Positions 13,166 through 25,410 of a stretch of 64,000 bases of DNA are shown here, piece after piece. Source of the DNA: Macrostomum lignano (lineage: Eukaryota). The notes below the pieces were generated by a model. It made no database searches. It saw nothing but the letters and a program-made list of their open reading frames with translations, and was not told the origin of the DNA. Position 1 is the first letter of the stretch. The number at the start of each line of letters is the position of its first letter. A program made the position numbers and the translations under genes. Location: the NCBI GenBank assembly GCA_002269645.1, contig NIVC01000748.1, forward strand, positions 1 to 64,000, read 5' to 3'.

Positions 13166-13625
13166 CCAACTATCCAACTATCCTATCCGAAATCATTAGA
13201 TCAGTCTAAAAGCTTTCGAACTACTCGTAATGAGAAAAAAATGAGAATTTTTGCTTTCCTCTGCTTTCGCACTAACCAGCCTAGCCTTTTACTAGCTCGT
13301 ACCCAACAAGACTCGGTGCAAAGAGACGCTCTGCAGAGTATCCATTGCTCACGCTAATCTAGTTAGCAACTAAAAGAAGCAAAACATGCACAAGATAGCA
13401 AGCAGTCGTCTAGTGTAGACACAAGATTGAGTCTGACAGGCCCAAAAGCAGATTTGGCAGCACCGATGACAGCAGCCGCATTAGATGCCAGGATGCTCCA
13501 TCACTTTTAACGCCTGTCCCATTATCTCGCCAACCCATCTACATCGCTGATTTCGATCAGCTCCAAGCATCGCCAAGCATCAAACAGTTTTTCTTCTTTC
13601 TACAAAAACCATCAAACTTGTCCAG

Positions 13626-14780
13626 ACGGCCTCGTCGCCAGGCAGCTTGAGTCTGCATCCGGCAACTGACTCGGACTTCTTGAGTTGCCAATGTCTGCAG
13701 CAACAACAACAACTGCTGCTACTGCTGCTGCTACGTGTTCAGCAGCTTCGGGACCGGCAACTGCAGGACCGTCAGAACCGTCCCCCAGCGGGCTGGCAGC
13801 AGAGCGGAGCCGCGACGACTGTTGGTGGAAGCCAAGAAAGAGAAGTACGCTTGTGACACTTGTACGCTTGTACAATGACGCTCGACCATCGTGTAAATTT
13901 TGCTGCAAAATGCATTGGCAAGACATATATGATGTTTTCAGCTTTTTAGCGCTGGATTTTAGCACCTCCTAGCCTTCCAAATAATATATATCAATAAATA
14001 TTTGCAACCGGGTTGTTAGCACTACATCTTCCCACAATCAGTACTGACGGCAATTATGCCCATTCCGGTGACCCCTGAGTACACACTAGCGCTCCCATAC
14101 TGTACGCAGGCTTGCACTCGTACACACGATCACACAGGGTGTACAGCGTGTACACACGCTCACCCTTTGACTTTTTAATCACCAATTATTGAACAGTTTT
14201 GTTTTACTAAGCTAGGGGTCACGATAAAATTCAATCTGAAAAAAGCCTCTTAATAGAAAAGAACAAAGAACGAATGAGCTGGGAACTGGGAACTTTCTAT
14301 CTCGAAATGAATTCTTCAGTGAAAATTGTCCAGCAACAAAACTTGCTCGTCTTCTGCTTTAGTTGATAAGAGCAACAGGTATGCGTGTTGCGTGAGTGTC
14401 AGGAGCGTGGTTGATATTTTCAACGATAGCCCTAATTACTGATTCTTTTAGTTATTGACGCTACTGAAAATAATAATTACGTTTCCTTCAGCAGTTTCTT
14501 TTAAAAATAAAATACACATGCCGTCTTACTACTAGTTTAAATAGTAGAATAATAAACATTTATCTGTAGAATTTTGATTGTTATAAACGACTACACAGAA
14601 ATTATCTTTCTAGATCGTCAGCGATGGTTCAACAGTCTTGAGCATCGGCGTTCGATCAGCCTCATCCAGCAGCATCTCCAGCAGCAGCAGCAGCAGCAGC
14701 AGCAATTGCATCTTCAACAACAGCAGCAGTTTTGGCAATGGAAGGAGAATCTGGGCTCGCTGACTGGAAGTGCAGTGTGA
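13626..14780 (+). CDS. Candidate terminal exons of the Notch-like gene (~13626/13685-13844 and 14613-14780, low-complexity/polyQ)
   Basis: GC-rich islands with acceptor-like ccag (13625) and ttctag (14612) and donor-like GAA|gtacgc (13844); CAG/CAA runs. The reading frame cannot be fixed from sequence alone. Confidence 0.35.
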
Positions 14781-15423
14781 CGATAGCTGCTAGGCAACTT
14801 TAATGTGCTATAAATCAAAACGCGTCATAAGATCTCTATTTTAAACTATTCGCTAATCGCAAAGCGAACTATTTCATATCAATCTACTTGAGTTTGAAAA
14901 CAATTTACTTACAAATTTAATGTTCTTTTTTAACATGTCAAAAATGTATAATTTATATTGTAATAATTTTTCTAAGAATCTATTATAATTAACACTGCAT
15001 TTTCTAGGCAAACCATCTATCTGGAAACGCGATTTCTAGTATTTCTAGCCATATTGCATCTAGCAGGCCTAAGGCGTATTGAAGCGAGGTTTAAAATAAA
15101 CGCTCGACAGTCCTGTCGGCTGAGAATGTCTATGGCCAAAATCCATTTGATCCAGTGTGAAACGGCCGCGGTCTGGCTGTCTGTGGTCAATCCTCACTTG
15201 GCGCTATGCTGATAATATTGATTGACTGCTTGGGAAATAACGACCATAATGTATCGATGAGCTCTTTTAAGCACTCGTAACTCGTCAAAATTGTTTTCAA
15301 ATAAAAACGTCTTGTAGAAAATTTTTGTTAAAACCAGTGCATTGTCTAATGAAGCCAGCTATGCAAACAGTGTTTAAACAAGTGTTTTTAATGGCTCTGG
15401 CGCCCCTTGATGCTAAATCATCA

Positions 15424-16035
15424 AACCCAGTTTCCACTGACCGAGCAGGAACTGTTAGACAAACCCAGTTTCCACTGACCGAGCAGGAACTGCTAGACAA
15501 ACCCAGTTTCCACTGACCGAGAAGGAACTGTTAGACAAACCCAGTTTCCACTGACCGAGAAGGAACTGCTAGACAAACCCAGTTTCCACTGACCGAGCAG
15601 GAACTGCTAGACAAACCCAGTTTCCACTGACCGAGAAGGAACTGTTAGACAAACCCAGTTTCCACTGACGAGAAGGAACTGCTAGACAAACCCAGTTTCC
15701 ACTGACCGAGAAGGAACTGCTAGACAAACCCAGTTTCCACTGACCGAGAAGGAACTGCTAGACAAACCCAGTTTCCACTGACCGAGCAGGAACTGCTAGA
15801 CAAACCCAGTTTCCACTGACCGAGAAGGAACTGCTAGACAAACCCAGTTTCCACTGACCGAGCAGGAACTGTTAGACAAACCAAGTTTCCACTGACCGAG
15901 CAGGAACTGCTAGACAAACCCAGTTTCCACTGACCGAGCAGGAACTGCTAGACAAACCCAGTTTCCACTGACCGAGCAGGAACTGTTAGACAAACCCAGT
16001 TTCCACTGACCGAGCAGGAACTGTTAGACAAAGCC
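15424..16035. repeat. 38-bp minisatellite x~16
   Basis: AGACAAACCCAGTTTCCACTGACCGAG(C/A)AGGAACTG(C/T)T head-to-tail, no spacers. Confidence 0.97.
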
Positions 16036-17443
16036 AGCCATTTTCTTTCTCATTCAATAATAATCTCTATTACGTTTTCCGCACGAATCGGGTGGTGGAG
16101 ATGCGAGTTGAGAGGCGCAAACCGGACGTATATAGGCAGCTAACTGCCGACTCTCCCACCATGCAGCGTCAAGCCCTGCTCAAAAGCATTGTTTCATACG
16201 CAGCTAGGCTGCCTAATGCAGTCCCGCACTGCCGGTGAAAAACCATTATCGCATGAATACGAGCTACATCAGCAAATTTAGCTTGAAAAAGTTGATAGCG
16301 ATTCACTGAAGCTTTTTGAATTTAAAACGGAATCTCTGTTTTTGCATGGTGACGCTTCCTGTCGAGGCTTAAAAAATTATACTATAAATTTCCGAACTGA
16401 CTTACTCTTTGTATCGGCCAAAAAATCTGCTTTTTTTCTTATTCTGTAAGCAAAATAAAGTAATGCATAAGAGTAATATTCTCGTAGTGCACTTGTTTTA
16501 TCCACTAGTTTCAGAAAGGAAATTAAATTTGGATCTATTGTCTGGGTTTTCTACCAATGACAATAGATTCAGTAATTCTCCACAGAAAAGCTATGTAATA
16601 TCACGTGCCTATAATCTAAATCCGATGCACTTTCTACAATAATTCCTGAGTAAAGTAGTTTAACTGTCTGTTTTACAGAAAGTCCTTATTCGATATGCTT
16701 TTCATGTCACATGTTGCCTCTATTCGAAATTGTGGTGGCGTGTGAAATGTGTCTGGGTTGTTGGTGCTGGGTTGATTTGTGTGTTTCGTAGGGGTTGCGC
16801 TGCTCTGGCGTTATTTTGTCTTCTCTCTGTACTGCTCTGGCGTTTTAGTCCCTTTCTACGAGTACAATAAATCGTTGTCGAATATATAAGTCGAGTATAC
16901 CAGCCCAACTCTGCATCGCGTGGCGCAATAGCGTCACTCAGAAGTCAATACTGGGCCTAGAATTTACTCCGCACTCTCAAAGCTGGTGACTTTTTAATTT
17001 GTTGAGTATATTTAAAATCTGAAAAGTAGGATACTGAGAATCTTGCGCATGCCTCATCCATGCTTTTCTGTCAGACGAAATTCAAGAAGAAGACTCTCCC
17101 TGGAATCTACTTGGTTCATTCACTATTCGGAAGTCCGAAAGTTTGGACTTCCGTTACCGTCAAAAATTAAAATTACGATCTTTTTTCTGCAAAAAACCGG
17201 CCGCATATTTCGAAATCTATAAGCTTGAGTAGCATCTTTTGATTTTGCTAATTACAGGATTGTACTTCACGAGAAAAAACTTTATTCAGTGCAAAACAAT
17301 GAATGAAAAATAGGCACGCCTAAGTTCTTCATATTGTTCTATTGAATATCCAAACTCTGTTGAAAATTCATTCTTTGCAACAGGATATTGAGGAGGCCAT
17401 CAACACATAGGGGATGCTTATTTTTCATTTTCACTGTCTCTTT

Positions 17444-19640
17444 TTACCACAGACGGCACTCATCGGAGGCGAGCTCGGGCTGGGAAGTCGGACAGCCGAA
17501 CGCTCTGAAGAAGTCGTCATCGCCGGAGATGAGGCTCCGTATGCGCAGTCTGCCTGGCGTGTGGCTCCACGTCTCGCTGCCAGTCTCCATGAAGTGATGT
17601 AGGAACTCTTGGCTACTCTTCGAGCAAAAAGTCCGCAGGCTGGCAATGTAGAGCAGCTGCTGCGGTGAGTAGCGCTCCATGAATCCTGGCAGTTGTTGGT
17701 CGATGCCCGACTCAGCTAGAAGTTCGATAGTCACCGACAGACCGATCCTGTCTGCGAAGTCCTCCTTAACGTTGGTCTTGTTGAAGCCCAGTCGGAGAAG
17801 CAGACTTTGTCTAAGGCAAGCGTGCTTCTCCTGGAGTCGGGCACCAAATGAGGCATTTAATATCCCATCGTCATGTTGATTGAATGAACCAAATACAGCG
17901 TGCGTGAGCTCGTGAGCGAGCACCAGCGCTTGAGTACCGACACTGACTGCCGCTGGCTGGTCTGACAGATAATGCGGATATTCTAAGAAAGCTGGCGTCA
18001 GAATCACTGCCTTCTGATATGCGTTATAATGCGGCGATTCCTGGTCAAAAGTTTCCTCCATCGTTCGAAAGATCAGGTAATGTTGAAGAGCCAACGCTCG
18101 GACTAGAAAGCAAGCCGGGCTAACTAATATTGTGCATCCTCTGGGTGGCATCGAGTCAAACGCTTCGCCAAAATGCTGCACCAGAGCAGTCTCGCTGACT
18201 TGCTCTGTGAAAAAATTCAACTTAGTTTGCTGCAGTCGTCGCTTCAACACGGCCTTGTCGGGCTCAGGAATCCAAGTCTGCGACTCCAATGCCGACGCGT
18301 AGACCGTCTTGATTCGGTGGAAAATATCAAAGATTTCAGCTTCAACTGCGAGACGCTCCTCTTTTAACATCCTGGCGTAGCGACCGTGCAGCAGGGGGCG
18401 AAATGCTCCTTCAAAGTTGACAGTCGAACTCGATGACTCGCTTCTTACTTTTCCGAATAGAACGTCCAAACATTTGGCATTTTTTGGAGTTGAAAAGATT
18501 GCAGCGCCCAGCACGCAGATTTGGTTGAGTATGATCAGTTTAGGCAGCTCTGTGAATCGCCTACCGCATTTTTCTAGAACGCAAACGGTACGCAGAAAAG
18601 ATTTCGTATCTGGCAGCACCAGCGGTGTCAAATCATCAGCAGGCGGATGTCCCGACAACTGAAGGTTCAGCCGCAGAAACTCGTCGAACCCGAAGGTTAA
18701 GTTGGCTCGCCGAAGCTGCCGCTTAGCGTCGCCCACCGTCTGTACAGGTAATTCGTCTGCAACAACCCTTTCTGCGGTTCGGTTGCAGGGATCATTCCAC
18801 AGAAGCAGGTCGGATTGAGCACGTCGTATAAGGCCAAACAGACTGCCGCCGCGTGATCTAAGCTGCAGCAATCGCATCATTCTGTAGGCCTGAAACGGCA
18901 GATTTCTCAACAACGGCCCGACAACCTTGAGACCATGAAAATTATCGTTAGACGTCAGCAAAATTGCCGGTCTGCCAGCCGCATTCGCAACGCCTGGTAT
19001 AACAATCATCGGGCTGATGAAGCTCTTTGCCGACTGTGCCGGCATCAGCTGTTCGAGTCTCAGCTGTTGCCGCATATTCAATCCTTTAATCGCGCGATCT
19101 GCAATTTCGTCCAGAATCTCGGCTCCGTTGGCCAGCAGCATTCCATGGAAGCTCCAGTCTTCAAGGGTTGTTTCTAGCAAGGCGCACTCTCGGAAAGCTT
19201 TCACAGCCAGCTGCTCATAGGCTTGAAGCCTTGTCGAGTTTGGCTGCCCGGGCTGACCGGACCCTGTGCAGTTGGCGTCCCAGCAACCCGTCACTAGCTG
19301 CTCGGTCACTCGCTCGCTGTACGCGGATCCGGTCCGCTGAATGTAGTCTAAATTGACGAATATCCTCTGCACCAGGCTCTGGCCCGTGAACTGCTGTTTA
19401 GAGCGGAATCCGCCGCACAGGAATTCTTCAAAGTCCTGACACGGATCAGACGAAGTGTTCAACGTGCTTTGCAGTTCCATCGACATTTTCCAACAGTTTA
19501 GCGTTCGACAAACTCTTGTTCCATTTCGTAGCAGTTTCGTTGGCAGCTCCAAATGGTGGGAGCAAAGACATCAAGGAAGCGGTCAAGAACACAATGTTGC
19601 CTACCAGTGGCTTCAATGATGTCAGTCGAAGCTCTGCCAT
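17444..19640 (-). CDS. Neprilysin-like M13 zinc metallopeptidase, type II membrane, intronless, ~731 aa, one 1-bp frameshift near 19553
   Basis: N-terminal anchor LVGNIVFLTASLMSLL (ORF 19446-19640) joins ORF 17444-19552: DPCQDFEEFLCGG, HELTH zinc motif, EDFAD third ligand, HTPGRLRI, C-terminal CRLW. Confidence 0.9.
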
Positions 19641-20740
19641 CTTAAAAATTTAAGTCGATTGCTAAGCATAAATAAAGTGCCTGCTGTTTGAACAGAGAAA
19701 ACAGCTGCTACGGCCTTATAATTTATATTCGTTTATTTCGTAGTTCAGAAGCGTTTGAAATATTGTTTATGTTAAATTACTATCTGATATAAAAATCAAA
19801 GAGGTCTGAAGGGTGAGAAGAGGTGCCCCAAGCGATGATGGTGATACGATCCAGCACATGTGGTCTTGAAATTTTTCACGCAGGATTGATGCGGCTAGTC
19901 AGATAAAGGTCTAATTAAGCACCGAACGCAGATAATTTTGGCTTTCTTTCACAGTTCAGCCGCTTGCCCGGCTATTCAGTTGAACCAACGCAAAAGTGCG
20001 CATGGTCAGGGCTAGTTATTTTTCAATGCTTCTTTTTTTCACAAATCGGACCATATTTTCAAAACTCTACTGACTCATCACTTCTATAGGAAAATTTCAA
20101 CGTAGATTTTCGTTAAAATCTTGCATAAACTGATTATTTTTGTAATCAAACTAGCGCGCAGATGCAGTGCAAGTGCACTAGTAGCTGGCCCCACGTATTT
20201 TTATGTAGAGGCACCCTGGCGCACTTTAAGCGACACTGTCACACAGCCGGCGAGAGGCATTACTGCCCATTCCGCCGACTCCCCTAAGCTGGTACGCAGT
20301 CATACGCACAGGCACACACTCACACAGGAGTGCACAGCGGCCTTAACTTTATTTATCGTTAGGTATGTGTGCGCGTTAGACTCTGTGTTTGAGCGTTTTA
20401 TTTTTTGCTATTATTATATTCAATCAAATATAAAGTCAACTAGTTTCAAATTTGCTTTCGAAATTCGAAATTCGAAAGTTCCATATGGTCTAAGCATTAA
20501 GATTTTGTGTTTAATCGCAAGGTTTTGCGTTAATATGCCTCCGTAACTTTTATTGGCCTTTGCAATGCTTAGTTTGTTTATTTCGTTCCGCATACGATTT
20601 TAAAATTTCTCATAATTCTTATTCGTTATTTTCAAATTACACTGTGAACTTATCAGCCAGGCAACATAACCACTTTGCGGTCACAGTCAAGGTGAAGTCG
20701 TCAAGAAACTTCCTCAAAGATTTGTCCTTAAACGGTTGGT

Positions 20741-21565
20741 TTAATCGAACAGAGACAGGCACTCGCAGAGGGCACCTCGCAGGTCCGGATCGTTCTCCCA
20801 GAAGTCAGATATCTTGCTGGTTTTATACTTGCCGAGAGTATTCTCCCTATCCAAATAGTTGCTTGGCTCCTTCTCTGCCCAGTAACTGGCGTTGAACGCG
20901 ATGTTGCAAGCGACCCAGTACCAGCCATCGGCAGCATGCGCACTTCCAGGTGCTTGAAAGCCTCCAACAAAGAAGTAGCCAATGCTGTAATTGTTGTAGA
21001 TGAAGTCCAAATGCTGCAGCTCAGTAGTGCTCGTCATGTCAGCCATGATCGACAGGCTCCTTTGCCCTGCTGCCACGACATTGATGCTGGACTCGAAACG
21101 TAGTTTAGCCTGTACTTCACTCCGCACAGGTCGTCTCCGTAGCCAGAAGGACACAGCGCGCCCGCCTCGAGTCCCGGCTGCTGCTTCACAAACACCCGGC
21201 CTCTCCTGGAGCAGCCGCAGTCCCTCACCGACTTGCTGCACTTGTCGAACACGAACAGCTGGCACGGACCGTCAGCCAGGCTGAACGCCTGACAGTGCCG
21301 GTTGCGGCTGCACATCAGCGAGCAAGAGAGCTCGTCGGTAGCCATGCCGAAGGTCTGCACAAACTCAGGGTTGATACAGAGAAATCCATTGATTGGTTTG
21401 AAAGAAACCTCGTTCGAACAGTCGTCCTGAGCAGTTCCATAGGTAACCAGCAGGTGCAGCAGTGAACAGATCAACGCCACTCTAAAGTGTAGACCTAGTG
21501 AGTTAATTTTTTGAGCGCATGAAATCACAGAAATTTGCCTCAATTTACCGTAGCTTGTAGTCCAT
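20741..21565 (-). pseudogene. PAN/apple + C-type lectin gene copy 1 (frameshifted)
   Basis: Exon1 21549-21565 (MDYKLR), 67-nt GT-AG intron, exon2 20741-21481. Signal peptide, PAN-type C-x3-C-x5-C-x-AF-x6-C-x-L, and CTLD (FVGG, WYW, EPS, LCEC). Frameshift at ~21055. Confidence 0.85.
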
Positions 21566-22314
21566 CGTTTCAATTTTCCGAGGCATGTAAATTAAGTGAC
21601 ATCCGGCCTAGAACTATATACGAGTACCCATCATGCCAATTCGCTTTGATTGGCTGCTACTCGCGCGTATCTATTAATTTTATTTGGAAGTGAATTTTGA
21701 GACTTTAGCTGGAAGTCGCTGACTAAAAGTAATTTTCAAAGTAGTTCGTACATTCATGACTATCTTGCAAAAAGTCGGAACGTACGTCTTGCACATTTTA
21801 GAAACGTCACGGGCAAGGACGCTGATTTACAGTAAATAATCCAGTCACTGCTACTGTTGTCCAGAGTACACAGTCTTGGCAGAAGAGACGAGATGACTAG
21901 AGAACTGCACTCACCGCTGCTCTAAAAAGAACTTCGTAGTCGGAAAGACTCTCAAGCGAAAAAAGCTTGTCAAATTACCGGCGTAACTTTCGACAGAATA
22001 TCTGCAGTTGAAAACATTTGTAGCATTCTTTAGTGCTGAATAGAGTAGTACTGTTCTAAACGATTTCTATTTTAAGACAACTTTCTTTTGCGTGAAAATT
22101 CATCATTAATATTTTAGTCGACAGGTAAATTTTTAAAAACTTAAGGCGCAAAGAAACTTTCAGGTTTTGCGGAAACAAAACTCATTTTAATAATATATGC
22201 ATAGCTAATGCTGCTTTCACATTGAATGTGTACCCTATACACAGTGTATACACAATGCGGATACGAAGTTGGTTTTTCTTCCGGTAAAACTAATATTTCA
22301 TTTAGCTGCGCATG

Positions 22315-23147
22315 TCAGTCGAGGGGAGACCAGCATTCGCACAGGACGGCTCGTGGGGTAGCGGAGAAGTCTCTGAAGTCGGACAGCTTGTCGTGATCGA
22401 ACCACCTTCCGATAGCATTCTCCGGATCCTCGGGCTCTCCGCTGCCCCACAGGCTGGCGTCAACAGAGATGTTGCAGCCGACCCAGTACCAGCCGCCTGC
22501 TGGCTCCGGGCTGCCAGCCGGCTGGAGGCCGCCCAGCCAGAACGAGGTGCCGCCCGCCCGGCTGTCGTAGATCGAGTCCACGTGGCTCATCTCGGAGGCG
22601 TCCACCACGTCGGCCATGATCACCAGACCGCTCTCCGACTCGCACAGGCGTCTGCTCGGCCACCAGAAATCGGCGTTAAAGTGCAGCTTGTACTTCACTC
22701 CGCACAGGTCGTCTCCGTAGCCAGACGGACACAGCGCGCCCGCCTCGAGTCCCGGCTGCTGCTTCACGAACACCCGGCCTCTCCTGGAGCAGCCGCAGTT
22801 CCTCACCGACTTGCTGCACTTGTCGAACACGAACAGCTGACACGGACCGTCAGCCAGGCTGAACGCTTGGCAGCGCCGGTTGCGGCTGCACATCAGCGAG
22901 CAAGAGAGCTCGTCGGTAGCCATGCTGAAGGTCTGCACAAACTCAGGGTTGATACAGAGAAATCCATTAATCGGGTTGAAAGAAACCTCGTTCGAACAGT
23001 CGTCCTGAGCAGTTCCACAGGGAAGCAGCAAGTGCAGCAGTGCACAGAGCAGCGCCACTCTAAAAAGTAGTGAGTCAATTTGTTTTTTTCTGCCGCATGA
23101 TCAAATCGCACAAAAAACTCCTCAATTTACCGTTGCTTGTAGTCCAT
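22315..23147 (-). CDS. PAN/apple + C-type lectin gene copy 2 (intact, 253 aa, secreted)
   Basis: Exon1 23131-23147 (MDYKQR), 71-nt GT-AG intron (cg|gtaaat...tttag|a), exon2 22315-23059. Signal peptide, PAN motif, CPSGY, FWLGG, WYW, WGSGEPE, LCEC; no TM. Confidence 0.9.
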
Positions 23148-25019
23148 AATTATTTTTCTGTTTCCAATACCGAAATGTTTGAAATAGGTACTACATGTGT
23201 GTCGAAAATTTTGACTATAGTTCTGAATTATATAGCTGAAAAATCTCCCCTGTCAGTCTTGGCGTTTCACTACTTTACCAACATCCATTCGGGAGTGAGT
23301 TTTGAAACTTTGATGTGCCTTGCTCCTACTAAGTGTTCAGACCATTAGCAAATTGACTGGCTTGATGCTGCTATTATAAAATGGCGCTCTTCCTAGAATT
23401 TGCTATCCTTTTGTCCTCCTTGGCCCAATATCGGTAGATTCCTGAATATCATCGCTAAAAGCTTTTTGCCATATAACCAATCCATGTTTCTATGGTAACA
23501 ACAGCCTCCCTCCAACGGAGATCGCAGCTGTATTGCTAATGGTGTGCGCATTACCGAATCTGCGAGAATGGGTCGTCACCGAACCTGAGATAATGGTGAT
23601 AATTTGATGTAAAATTTCATGCCTAGTTTTGCGGTCATATTCATGAAACGCTTTATTATAACGACGTATACTAAACGCAACTTATTTTTATTTGGTCGTC
23701 GATTATGCCTTTTGGTTTGTCAAGCCGTGTTTTCAAACTTACGAAATACGACTATTAAGACGTTTTGTTTATGCGATTATTTGATGTAATGAAATGATGT
23801 AATGAAGTTTAAAATGAAATGGCGAATTGAAATGCATGCAGATATGGATATAAAATTGAAAAGCTTCACAAGAAGCAAAATTGATTAAATATAGCGTAAT
23901 AAATTATCTACCATGAACTCATAAGTTCCTGCTTTTTAGATCGGCACTTTTCTTGCCATTTGCAATGCCCCACTAACTATATACAGCGCATAGCCCCTGA
24001 TCTACTTAATGACATCGGAATGCAGAACCTATCAACCCAAAAAAGGGCATGCTATTGTGGTAGTGCGAAGTAAAACGCGAGTGATAGTGGCAAGAGTTAT
24101 AGTGAAAAAAGTAAAAAAAGCCGCAGTTTTAACTAAAATGTTACAGATTTGATTTGTGATCTCGCAATCTGTCCTTCTCAACTTTTAAGGACCCCCAGCT
24201 ATAGCTGGGCAGGCTGGTTGCTCTTTCTGCGTGTGTCGTTCCGATTTCCATCTCGCAGACAATCGTCGGGCCGGGCGAAAACGAAGCCAAAATAGCATTG
24301 AGATTGTGTATCAAGGCGCTGACCGACAAGCTAAGGAACTTTCACGATGTCAGTCGTTCATCTAGTCTGGTGCCCGACGTCCGCGAGGATCTGCAGTGTC
24401 GCCGCGTGCTTGTCTGGACTGTCTTTAATTCTGTGAGGGTGATTCGTGATTCTGCAGTCCAAGAGAGGCAACGGCGACAGACAAGTTCGAACAGCAGGAA
24501 GTTGACTCTTCAAGATCAGCGACGAGCGAGATACCAACACGGCACTGTATTGTGGCGGGGCCTAGCTGGTCCGTCCAAGCGACCTGTTGCGCCCTCGGTG
24601 ACGTCAGCTGGCAGGCCGAGTCGTACTGCCCTCAGCCGGTGCAGGAGGTGCTGCTGCTGACTCTGCAGTCACCCAGCTACCGGCACGTACATTTACTCCG
24701 CCTTTCGTCGACTGGGTTCCAGCTGAGGCCGGTTTGCCAGATCAAAGTTCGGTGGCGAAAATCGCGATAAAAATAATCAAAAGCACGTGACTTTGCAAGA
24801 CTGTTGTCTGGCGTTAAAAATTGGCTCAAAGTAGGGAAAAGGGGCAAAAAACGCAAAGAGCCGCCTGCTAGTAGTCCACACGGCAAGAGCTCAATATGAT
24901 AGTATATTAAAAGTTTTAAAAGAATGAGTCCTCATCAGAAAACTGCAAAATACTTTTTGAGTGGCCCGTGTAAGCATCTGTAATGAATTGGTGTTTGTTG
25001 AAACATCTTGTTCACATTT

Positions 25020-25410
25020 CAACAAGCAAGTTTCTCAGAGGGTGTCACAACTGAATGCAAAACTATTGAGTTGAAAATTGACGCGAATAAAAAGATGGCT
25101 TTCTCTAAGCAGCCTGTCTATCAATTCTATTGTTTACCTGCGAAATTTAGAGTGGCCTCACGTCAACAAAGCAACCCTGGCAGGTTCCTCAGGCATGAGG
25201 ACTACATGCTTCTTTCCAGGTCACTCAGGGTTACAAAAGAAATTGTCAGAATTAGTTGCAGCCATCATTCAACATCAAATGCGAAGAGCTCTTGCTACTC
25301 ACCTGCCCACAGATACTCGAGGCAGATGCATCTAGGAGAACAGAATAAGGAGAAATGCAAAGCCCTGTGGAAAGTATGCAGACCTCTTTTGTGCTATAGT
25401 TGTCGCTGAA
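25020..25410 (+). mobile_element. Possible degraded piggyBac-like transposase C-terminus
   Basis: Across two frames: EGV..., TRIKRW...SINSIVY, QMRRA and RGRC...RRNA...C..C..LCYSC loosely follow the piggyBac GGVD / RKTNRW / INSFIIY / Cys-rich tail order. Stops and frameshifts are present; recognised by eye only. Confidence 0.3.

Noticed and set aside
15424-16035. 38-bp repeat as a CRISPR array (also the 33-bp and 36-bp arrays)
   Set aside because: Units are head-to-tail with no unique spacers, no cas genes are present, and the context is eukaryotic.
16730-16940. Solo LTR (TGTGG..., AATAAA, TATATAA)
   Set aside because: No clear terminal inverted repeat, TSD or second copy.
22312-23070. Plus-strand ORFs antisense to lectin, Notch, IPO11 and pol exons
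   Set aside because: Shadow ORFs expected from GC-rich codon usage; no motifs.
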